Position numbers and translations under genes: made by a program. Shown here piece by piece: positions 7,421 through 14,498 of a DNA stretch of 28,248 bases. Positions within the stretch are counted from its first letter, which is position 1. Every line of letters starts with the position of its first letter. The DNA lies in the IMG/VR virus record IMGVR_UViG_3300044924_000016, positions 1 through 28,248 of that record; one strand, 5' to 3'. This DNA is from a virus. Its lineage: Duplodnaviria > Caudoviricetes. The notes under the pieces are model-generated. The model worked only from the letters and a program-made list of their open reading frames with translations, was not told where the DNA came from and did not search any database.

Positions 7421-9087
7421 CTCTCACCGCCGACACCGGGCTGACCGTCACCGACTTCTTCTGCGGCATGGGCGGCTCCTCCACCGGCCTCGCCCTCGCT
7501 GGCTACAACATCGACCTCGCGGCGAACCACTGGGGCCGCGCGATCGAAACGCACTCCGCGAACCATCCCGACACCGAGCACCTCCTCGGCGACATCCAGG
7601 CCCTCGACCTCAGGTACCTGCCCCGCACCCGCGTGCTGTGGGCGTCGCCGATCTGCACCGAGCTGTCTCCCGCGGGCGGACGGGCGCGGCCGAACCAGCC
7701 GGACCTGTTCGAGGAGCACGGGCACGTCCCGAAGGAGGCGTTTACCCGGACCCGGGTCACGTTCTGGGAGGTTGTTCGCGCCGTTGAGGTCCACCGCTAC
7801 GACCTCGTGTTCATCGAGAACGTGGTCGAGGCTGCGGCGTGGGAGCTGTTCGAGGCGTGGCTGATGGCCGTGCAGCTGCTCGGCTATGACGTCCAGTTCG
7901 TGTCCGTCTCGGCCGCGCACATCGGCGACGACCGGAACCCGCGCGCGCCGCAGTGGCGGGACCGGATCTACATCGTGTTCCGCCGCAAAGGCATCCAGGC
8001 GCTCGACCTCGAGCCGAAGCCGCTCGCCTACTGCGCACAATGCGGGGTCGTCGAGGCGTTGCAGTGGTGGAAACGCGACGGTCGCCGGATCGGGAAATAC
8101 GGACAGCAGTACCTGTACGTGTGCCCTGAGGGGGACCACGGTGTGGTCGAGCCGTTCACCGCGCCCGCGGCGGCGGCGATCGACTGGACGAACCCCGGAA
8201 CCCGGATCGGGGACTGGACCCGGCCACGGGCGGCGTCCACGATGCGCCGGATCCAGACCGGCATCGATATGTGGCGGCGCGGGGACTTTGACCGCGAGTT
8301 CGTGTTCTCCGTCAACCACAACGGCGACGGCCGCCACTTCGACCCGGCCGCACGCCCGATGCCGACCGAGACCGTGAAGCGCGGGGAAGGCCTGGTGATC
8401 GTCAACCGCACCAACAACCTGCCCCGCTCCCTCAGCGATCCGCTCGCGCCGATGACCACGGGCCGGAACCACGGCCTCGTCGTTGCCGCGGCCGGGAACA
8501 CCTACGACGCCGCCAGCCGCGGCGAGGACGGCTATGTGCGGGTCTGGCCCGCCGACGGCGCCCCGCTCCCGTCGCAGACCACCGACGCCCAGTTCGCGCT
8601 CGTCACCACCCTGCGCCGGAACGGCGACACGACCCCGGTTGATGGGGCGCCGCTGCCGACGTTCACCGCCGGCGGCACTCATCACGGGCTGATCATGAAG
8701 AGCCAGGGCGGGCATCTGGAGGACCGGCACGCGTGGCAGACCGTCGGCGAGCCGCTACCCGCCATGCGGGCCAAGTCGTGGGACGCGCTCGTGATCCCGT
8801 ACCGGAAGGGCGCCAAACCGCACGCAGCCGGGCATGCGCCGCTGAGCACCCAGACGACCCGCGAGCAGCACGCGATCCTGCGTCCCGAGGTCGACATCAA
8901 CGACTGCTACTTCCGCATGCTCACCCCACGCGAGGCCGCCAACGCGCAGGCATTCCCCCAGGACTACATCATTCACGGCAACAAAGGCGAGCAGCAGATG
9001 CAGGCCGGGAACGCCGTGGCCGTCAACGTCGCGTGCTGGCTCGGCCTAGCCGGCGCCGCAGTACTCGACTCCGCATCGGGGCAGTGA
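7417..9087 (+). CDS. DNA (cytosine-5) methyltransferase
   Basis: Motif I DFFCGMGG, IV ASPICT, VI IENV, VIII QWRDRIY, IX RMLTPREAANAQAFP, X QAGNAV; ATGA overlap. Confidence 0.93.
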   Translation: MTLTADTGLTVTDFFCGMGGSSTGLALAGYNIDLAANHWGRAIETHSANHPDTEHLLGDIQALDLRYLPRTRVLWASPICTELSPAGGRARPNQPDLFEEHGHVPKEAFTRTRVTFWEVVRAVEVHRYDLVFIENVVEAAAWELFEAWLMAVQLLGYDVQFVSVSAAHIGDDRNPRAPQWRDRIYIVFRRKGIQALDLEPKPLAYCAQCGVVEALQWWKRDGRRIGKYGQQYLYVCPEGDHGVVEPFTAPAAAAIDWTNPGTRIGDWTRPRAASTMRRIQTGIDMWRRGDFDREFVFSVNHNGDGRHFDPAARPMPTETVKRGEGLVIVNRTNNLPRSLSDPLAPMTTGRNHGLVVAAAGNTYDAASRGEDGYVRVWPADGAPLPSQTTDAQFALVTTLRRNGDTTPVDGAPLPTFTAGGTHHGLIMKSQGGHLEDRHAWQTVGEPLPAMRAKSWDALVIPYRKGAKPHAAGHAPLSTQTTREQHAILRPEVDINDCYFRMLTPREAANAQAFPQDYIIHGNKGEQQMQAGNAVAVNVACWLGLAGAAVLDSASGQ

Positions 9088-9520
9088 AATGATCAAGGCA
9101 GATGCCCTCGAAAGTGTAGATCTGGTCAATCAGACCCAAGCCCATCGGCGGTTCACCGCCGAGCCCGCGGTTGACGTAGTGGCCGATCTCGAAGGCAAGC
9201 TCACGTGCCGCCTTAGCCAGGCGTCGGTCTCCACCGACAGAGCACGCCGCCGCGAATCGGCTTGCCTCGCTGACTGCTCCCGCGTAGACGCCACGCTCCT
9301 CTTCTCCCAACGGGCGACCGTTGGCGAGCTGCGCGGCGTGGGCGTGGGTGACCTCCTGAACCGCGTACCCGAGAGCCAGGAGCTGGTGACAGTGATCCCT
9401 GAGCCAGCGCTGCTGCTCGATTCGGTGCGCCGCGCTGCTCTGATGCCAGGCCGTGAAGACGGTCCCGGCCACACCAGCGAGACCCACCACCCCGGTCACG
9501 ACCACCGCTACCCAGTCCAT
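9023..9520 (-). CDS. Antisense accessory protein with N-terminal transmembrane helix
   Basis: MDWVAVVVTGVVGLAGVAGTVFTAW hydrophobic anchor, then a helical soluble domain. Fills the 500-bp gap between MTase and helicase and overlaps the MTase 3' end by 65 nt. Confidence 0.7.
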   Translation of the reverse strand: MDWVAVVVTGVVGLAGVAGTVFTAWHQSSAAHRIEQQRWLRDHCHQLLALGYAVQEVTHAHAAQLANGRPLGEEERGVYAGAVSEASRFAAACSVGGDRRLAKAARELAFEIGHYVNRGLGGEPPMGLGLIDQIYTFEGICLDHFTAPMRSRVLRRRLGRASTRR

Positions 9521-9527
9521 GGCAGCG

Positions 9528-9536
9528 ATCGTCTCA
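9528..9536 (-). promoter_or_regulatory. Possible extended -10 (TGn-GACGAT) for a leaderless transcript
   Basis: The minus strand reads TGA-GACGAT-CGCTGCC-ATG; the hexamer ends 7 nt before the start and there is no close SD. Confidence 0.35.
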
Positions 9537-9582
9537 CACCCTCTCAAAGCGACAGCATCGCACACACTTTCCGGGAAGCACA

Positions 9583-11253
9583 GTGACGACTACCGACGAC
9601 GCCACAGCCCGGTTCCTCGCCCTCGTCAACGCCAAGAAGGCCGAACCCCGACCCGCACCAGCGTTCCCGACACTGCCACCCACGGGCGGCTCCGCCTACG
9701 CCGCGACCGCGCTCGCGAACGAGCTGAACAACGTCCGGATGGCTGTTGAGGGCAGCCGCAACGACACCCTCAACACCGCCGTGTTCAACATCGCCCAGCT
9801 CGTCGCCTCCGGACACCTCGACCAAGGCGCCGTCGAAGCCGAGTTCCGGCAAGCAGCCCACGATGCCGGCCTGCCCGCCGGCGAAGCACTCGCCACCATC
9901 AGATCCGGGCTCCGCGGCGGAGCCCGCCATCCCAGACAAGTCGACACCTCCGCACCCGAGATCCCGGGAACCGTGATCGAAACCAGCATCGAAGCCATCC
10001 TCGGCAAGCAACCCGTGAGCGACCCTGGCCAGTGGCCCACCGATGACGGCACCCCCGATCTGAGCGTCTCCTCCTGGTACGCCCGGCCCGTCCTCGACCG
10101 CGCCGCACAACAAGCCACCACCCCCCACCCGGCCCTCCTGGTCCGCGTCGACGGCACCGCCCTGATCTACCCAGGCAAGGTCAACGGCCTCGTCGGGGAG
10201 TCCGAATCCGGCAAAACGTGGGTCGCTCTCCACTGCGTCGAGCAGCTCGTCAAGGAAGGCCGCCGCGTCACCGTCCTCGACTTCGAAGACGCCGCCTCCA
10301 CCTGGGTCGCCCGCCTACGCCTCCTCGGCGTCACCGACGAACAACTCCAGAATCTGCACTACGCCGACCCAGACGAAGCCCTCGGCGTCGTCGGACAGGC
10401 AGCCCTCGGGCAGATGCTCGCCGGGCACGACCCCGAACTCGTTGTCCTCGACGGCGCCAACGCAGCCATGACCCTCCTCGGTCTCGACCTCAACGACAAC
10501 GGCGACGCCACCAAGTTCAACCGCCTCATCCTCAAGCCCCTCACCCAGTACGGCGCCGCCGTACTGACCATCGACCACGTCCCCAAGAACGCAGATGCTC
10601 GCGGCAAAGGCGCGATCGGAGCCCAGGCCAAACGAGCCATGATCGACGGCGCCCAATTCATCGTCGAAGTCACCCAACCCTTCGGCGTCGGCCAACGAGG
10701 CGAACTCAAACTCCTCGTCGACAAAGACCGCGCAGGCTACGTCAGAGGCACCGCCGGCGGCGCACGCTTCGCCGGCAAAGTCATCATCGACTCCACCGCC
10801 ACCACATCCACCACAGTGACGATCGAAGGCCCACACGGCACCGAGCCAGGCGAAACACCATGGCGGCCCACACACCTCATGGAACGAGTCTCCAAGCTCC
10901 TCGAAGACCTCCCAGACGGGCTCTCCGGGCGAGAGATCACCCGTGAGATCAAGGGCCGGGCCGAGCATGTTCGCACCGCGATCGACGCCCTCGCAGAAGG
11001 CGGATGGGCTGATCGTGGATCTCGGGTTGGACGCGGAGGCGGTGTGGTCTACACCCTTCTTCACCCGTACCGAGAGGGTGACAGCGAACCGCGTCCAACC
11101 GCGTCCAACTGGGTCCCGGACGCGGTTCCTGTAAGCGCGTCCCAGTCCCACTCCCCCTACGGGGTGGGACGCGCTACGGACATGCCTCAGGCCACAGAAC
11201 ACCGCGAACCACTTCCGGACGCACTTCCAGGGATCACAGAGGTCAATCAATGA
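9583..11253 (+). CDS. Primase C-terminal (PriCT-like) domain fused to a RecA-fold/RepA-like replicative helicase with C-terminal winged helix
   Basis: EGSRNDTLNTAVFNIAQLV (PriCT-like), Walker A GESESGKT, LDFED, Walker B VVLDG, IDHVPK, VDKDR. Confidence 0.88.
   Translation: MTTTDDATARFLALVNAKKAEPRPAPAFPTLPPTGGSAYAATALANELNNVRMAVEGSRNDTLNTAVFNIAQLVASGHLDQGAVEAEFRQAAHDAGLPAGEALATIRSGLRGGARHPRQVDTSAPEIPGTVIETSIEAILGKQPVSDPGQWPTDDGTPDLSVSSWYARPVLDRAAQQATTPHPALLVRVDGTALIYPGKVNGLVGESESGKTWVALHCVEQLVKEGRRVTVLDFEDAASTWVARLRLLGVTDEQLQNLHYADPDEALGVVGQAALGQMLAGHDPELVVLDGANAAMTLLGLDLNDNGDATKFNRLILKPLTQYGAAVLTIDHVPKNADARGKGAIGAQAKRAMIDGAQFIVEVTQPFGVGQRGELKLLVDKDRAGYVRGTAGGARFAGKVIIDSTATTSTTVTIEGPHGTEPGETPWRPTHLMERVSKLLEDLPDGLSGREITREIKGRAEHVRTAIDALAEGGWADRGSRVGRGGGVVYTLLHPYREGDSEPRPTASNWVPDAVPVSASQSHSPYGVGRATDMPQATEHREPLPDALPGITEVNQ
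11027..11222. repeat. Iteron-like cluster (core GCGTCC), candidate replication origin
   Basis: AACCGCGTCC twice (11087, 11097); inverted GGACGCGGTT (11118); AGCGCGTCCC (11134) and GGGACGCGCT (11166); TTGGACGCGG (11027); GGACGC (11217); hairpin GTCCCACtCCCC-cta-GGGGTGGGAC-like at 11145-11170. Confidence 0.65.
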
Positions 11254-11687
11254 CCACCTCTCAGCCCTCGCTCATTGATGCTCCTGGGCCGCCACAGCAC
11301 CAGCGACGCACAGCGCACCCGCTGGCATGGATCGACTCGTCACTGATCCGAGCCGTCCGCTGCCGCACCTGCAAAGCTCCGATCCTTCGCGGACCCCACG
11401 CCGAATGGTGCGCCTTCACCATCGAAGTGGACTCAACCCCGCTGTCGGCGATCGGAGAAGCCCTCGCACTCCTCGCCCACCGAGCCACCTTCGCCGTCCA
11501 ACGGATCGGTGGGCGGCTCCGGTTCACCGGCCTCCGCGACGCCAACCGGATCACCTCCCGCCCAGCCGGCACCCCACGACTCGACATCTACGCCACCCAC
11601 GCCTGTGGCGCGGCACCGCTGCCCTCCTGCGAGTCGGCGTTCACCCCGCCACCACCCGCCGACCCCAACGCCGAATGCCCGTTCTGA
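11250..11687 (+). CDS. Hypothetical protein with CxxC...HxC Zn-binding motif
   Basis: ATGA overlap with the helicase; CRTCKAPI...HAC; ends ECPF. Confidence 0.7.
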   Translation: MTTSQPSLIDAPGPPQHQRRTAHPLAWIDSSLIRAVRCRTCKAPILRGPHAEWCAFTIEVDSTPLSAIGEALALLAHRATFAVQRIGGRLRFTGLRDANRITSRPAGTPRLDIYATHACGAAPLPSCESAFTPPPPADPNAECPF

Positions 11688-11699
11688 GGAGAGCCCTTG

Positions 11700-12467
11700 A
11701 TGATGATCACGACCGCGCAGAAGCTCATCGAGCTCGTCGACCTCGCCGCGCTCCTCCCGGCCATGCTCCAACCCGCCACCACGGTGAAGCCGGGCCGTAC
11801 CACACCCCCAGGGATCGCCCACAGCCCGGCCCCGGTCCGTCTCGAGCTCCTCCACGTCCTCGACGGCCGACTCCGCGACCTCGGCGACGACGCCGAAGAC
11901 CGCGCATGGCACGACCGCGCCGCCGGAGACCACCGCCAAGGCCTCCTCCCCGACCTCTACCAGTGGGCCAAACTCGTCGACGGCGAAGCCCGCGACGCCG
12001 GCCGCGAACCCGCCGACCTGCCCGACGAGTCGATCACCCTGACCGCCGTCACCGCCTGGCTCCACGGCCAGCTCGGCTGGGCCCTCATCCAGGACTGGGG
12101 CTACGCCCTGGCCCGTGACATCGACTGGTGGTGGAGACACCTCCGACACCTCACCGGTGAACGCGACGACTACCAGCCCCGCTGCACCCTGTGCCTGTTC
12201 CCCATCACCCAGGCGGACGGCGGCGGCGTGTGGACCTGCCAGGGTTGCGGCAACGAGACCAGCCTCGACGCCGCGCTCCACCGGCTCGCCGAGCCCCTCG
12301 TCACCCTCACCCAAGCTTCCGAGATCACCGGGGTGCCGCTCACCACACTGAAGTCCCGAGTCGCCGCTGGGGCACTGCTGCCCATCAGCCCAGCCGGAGT
12401 ACGACCCGCCCAGTACAAGCTCCGCGACATCGGATCTGCACCGGTCCGAAACTGTCAGACCCAGTGA
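11700..12467 (+). CDS. Zn-ribbon plus C-terminal HTH protein, putative late transcription regulator
   Basis: SD GAGGAG; CTLC...CQGC; VTLTQASEITGVPLTTLKSRVAAG HTH; last gene of the early operon. Confidence 0.7.
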   Translation: MMITTAQKLIELVDLAALLPAMLQPATTVKPGRTTPPGIAHSPAPVRLELLHVLDGRLRDLGDDAEDRAWHDRAAGDHRQGLLPDLYQWAKLVDGEARDAGREPADLPDESITLTAVTAWLHGQLGWALIQDWGYALARDIDWWWRHLRHLTGERDDYQPRCTLCLFPITQADGGGVWTCQGCGNETSLDAALHRLAEPLVTLTQASEITGVPLTTLKSRVAAGALLPISPAGVRPAQYKLRDIGSAPVRNCQTQ

Positions 12468-12528
12468 GCTACGCTATACACAGATTGCACGGTCGTTTGA
12501 CTTTGCACGGGGGATCTGTTAAAGGAGG
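12452..12528 (+). promoter_or_regulatory. Candidate promoter/operator region and strong SD for the accessory cassette
   Basis: AT-richer segment; CTGTCA-17-TATACA (12452-12480); TTGACT at 12497; TTGCACGG direct repeat at 12485 and 12503; AAAGGAGG at 12521. Confidence 0.4.
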
Positions 12529-12535
12529 AACGCTG

Positions 12536-12727
12536 ATGACTACGACGCCAGAAGCCACTCACGCGGAACAGAACGGACCCGCACTGCGACCACCAACGCC
12601 CCTCCCACAGCGAGACTGGCACGCACTCGCCGAGCAGGCAGCAGCCGCACGGCGCGCCGCCCAGGAGATCCGCAAGGACCGACCCGCCAGCTTCACCCCA
12701 GCCGTCGGATTCGCCCACAGGGGCTGA
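12536..12727 (+). CDS. 63-aa peptide coupled to the SDH protease
   Basis: Perfect SD AAAGGAGG 7 nt upstream; MTTTPEATH...RDWHALAEQAAAARRAAQEIRKDRPASF; stop 2 nt before the next start. Confidence 0.75.
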   Translation: MTTTPEATHAEQNGPALRPPTPLPQRDWHALAEQAAAARRAAQEIRKDRPASFTPAVGFAHRG

Positions 12728-12729
12728 GC

Positions 12730-13578
12730 GTGGCCGAGAACCGCACTCCCCTCTTCGCAGCCAGCCAGGCCGGCAGATACGCGCGCCAGCAGCTGATCAA
12801 GGACTATGAGGAGGCAACGGGCGCCAACCTCATCGTCATGATCGACCAGGTGTTTCCCCGAGGGGTCACCCTCCTCGAGGAGCTCCTGGTCGGCCTCGAC
12901 ACAGCCAAAGACCTCCACCTGCTTCTATCGACCCCAGGCGGCGACGGCGAGGTCGCGGTTCGGCTCGTACGAAGCATGCAGGCGCGCTGCGCCGAACTCA
13001 CCATCATCGTTCCCGACATGGCCAAGTCGGCCGGCACCATCATGTGCCTCGGCGCCGACCAGATCCTCATGGCGCCTCAGAGCGATCTCGGGCCCGTCGA
13101 TCCGCAGTTCCAGGTGAACAACTCCCTGGTGGGCGCCAAGGAGATCGTCGCCGCCGTTAAGACCGCGGAGCAACGAGTGGCCGAGCAGCCCAACTCGTTC
13201 CCGCTCTACTCAGGCCTGCTCGCTGACGTGAACATGCTCATGGTGGAGCAGGCCAAGTCCGCGATGGAGCGCACGACCGCGCTAATCGACGAAGCGCTGC
13301 AGTGCCGCTCGAGCGACCTCGGCGACGATCAGCGCAGCGAGCTCGTCGAAGCGCTACGCAAACCGCTCATCGACGACCTTACCGACCACTCAGCGACAGT
13401 CGGCCCGAAGATGGCCGAGAAGATCGGACTGCCTGTACACATCGCCGATACAGGCTCGGACGAATGGCAGATCATCTGGGGGCTCTGGGCGCGCTACTTC
13501 GAACTGGGCTGCTGGCCCGTCGGGCTCGTCGCTGTCTACGAGGGGCGCATGGCCTCACAGGTTTTCGCACACCGGTAA
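12730..13578 (+). CDS. SDH-family (Ser-Asp-His) Clp-fold serine protease
   Basis: LLLSTPGGDG, VPDMAKSAGTIMCLGADQILM, LGPVDPQ, TDHSATVG...AEKIGLPV; no transmembrane segment. Confidence 0.88.
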   Translation: MAENRTPLFAASQAGRYARQQLIKDYEEATGANLIVMIDQVFPRGVTLLEELLVGLDTAKDLHLLLSTPGGDGEVAVRLVRSMQARCAELTIIVPDMAKSAGTIMCLGADQILMAPQSDLGPVDPQFQVNNSLVGAKEIVAAVKTAEQRVAEQPNSFPLYSGLLADVNMLMVEQAKSAMERTTALIDEALQCRSSDLGDDQRSELVEALRKPLIDDLTDHSATVGPKMAEKIGLPVHIADTGSDEWQIIWGLWARYFELGCWPVGLVAVYEGRMASQVFAHR

Positions 13579-13636
13579 CCCAGCCTCGCGATGTGGTATC
13601 GTCTTTCACGTCTTACAAACGCGCCCATAGACACCC

Positions 13637-13670
13637 GAACCCTCGCCGAGGCCACCGCCCGCGGGGGTTC
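13637..13670 (+). terminator. Stem-loop upstream of the late operon
   Basis: GAACCCTCGC...GCGGGGGTTC 10-bp stem with one G-U pair; no U-tract. Confidence 0.45.
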
Positions 13671-13691
13671 ACACATCCCGAGGGAGCTTCG

Positions 13692-14006
13692 ATGGCGCGA
13701 TCGTCCTCCCGCAACATGAAACGCCTCCGACAAGCGTTCTTCGACGAGGGCGCCCGGCTCGACGCGCACCCCGACACCCGAGACCTCGCCCAGTGCTGGC
13801 TCTGCAAGCAACGCATCGACTACAGCGTGCCACCCAACAGCACACCGGACAGCCACAACCTCGACCACTACGTCACGATCGCCGACGACCCGACGCTGCA
13901 GGAAGACCCCACGAACTTCCGCCACGCCCACGCCGACTGCAACGCGGCCCGCGGGCGGCGGGCGCCATCGCCCGGGCTCGGCGAACCCATCCCCGACTGG
14001 TGGTAG
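13692..14006 (+). CDS. HNH endonuclease (terminase-associated)
   Basis: CWLC...LDHY...NFRHAHADCNAARG; immediately upstream of TerS; SD GAGGGAG. Confidence 0.9.
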   Translation: MARSSSRNMKRLRQAFFDEGARLDAHPDTRDLAQCWLCKQRIDYSVPPNSTPDSHNLDHYVTIADDPTLQEDPTNFRHAHADCNAARGRRAPSPGLGEPIPDWW

Positions 14007-14110
14007 CCCCACCGACCACCAGAAAATCCAGCAAACGGACCGGGGGTGTCCACCGCGGGGGGCAGTGGTCCTCTCTCCCCGGGCTCGATTTTGGTGGGGG
14101 TCGCGAGGGA
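14007..14110. other. Candidate cos/packaging site region
   Basis: Non-coding gap between HNH and TerS; imperfect dyad CCACCAgaAAATC / GATTTTGGTGG; CTCTCTCCCC tract; strand-composition switch. Confidence 0.55.
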
Positions 14111-14120
14111 GGAACGTTCT

Positions 14121-14486
14121 ATGACTACGCCTTTCCCTGACAGCGGCGTGTCGGCCGCGTTGGAGCGCGCGTTGAAGTCTGCGCGGCATCTTCGGGCTCG
14201 CGATTCGGCAGCGGTCGCTGCGGCGCGGGCGTTGGCGAAGAAGATCGACGCTTGGGACACGATCGCGCAGTGGGCGGTCGAGGACGCTGCTGAGGACGGC
14301 GGGCGGCCGAAGGTCCCGGCTAACGACAACGTGTCTCTGGCGAGCTTCCTGAAGTACCTCGACGCGCTCGGTCTGCTACCTGGCGAGGCTGCGGCACCAG
14401 CGAAACCGGGCTCTGCGTCTGTGTCTCCGGAGCCGCCGGCGGATCCGTTGGCGGTGATGCGGAAGGGGCTTCGCGCAGTTCAGTAG
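14121..14486 (+). CDS. Terminase small subunit
   Basis: SD GGAGG; DSAAVAAARALAKKID...FLKYLDALGLLP; precedes TerL. Confidence 0.82.
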   Translation: MTTPFPDSGVSAALERALKSARHLRARDSAAVAAARALAKKIDAWDTIAQWAVEDAAEDGGRPKVPANDNVSLASFLKYLDALGLLPGEAAAPAKPGSASVSPEPPADPLAVMRKGLRAVQ

Positions 14487-14498
14487 GAGGTCCGGCCT

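Noticed and set aside
3376-8730. Long minus-strand ORFs (3376-4929, 5669-6916, 7378-8730; also 17324-18796 and 22881-24086)
   Set aside because: Antisense shadows of high-GC coding genes with no recognisable motifs.
7417-9087. Restriction-modification system
   Set aside because: No adjacent restriction endonuclease; orphan phage MTase.
9089-9586. + strand 165-aa ORF between MTase and helicase
   Set aside because: No SD or motifs; the opposite-strand ORF has a clear TM-anchored architecture. Not fully excluded, since its stop overlaps the helicase GTG.
12730-13578. SDH protease as the capsid maturation protease
   Set aside because: A canonical ClpP-scaffold gene already lies between portal and capsid.
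13692-14006. HNH as a homing endonuclease or intron
   Set aside because: Small stand-alone HNH next to TerS fits a packaging cofactor; no interrupted gene.
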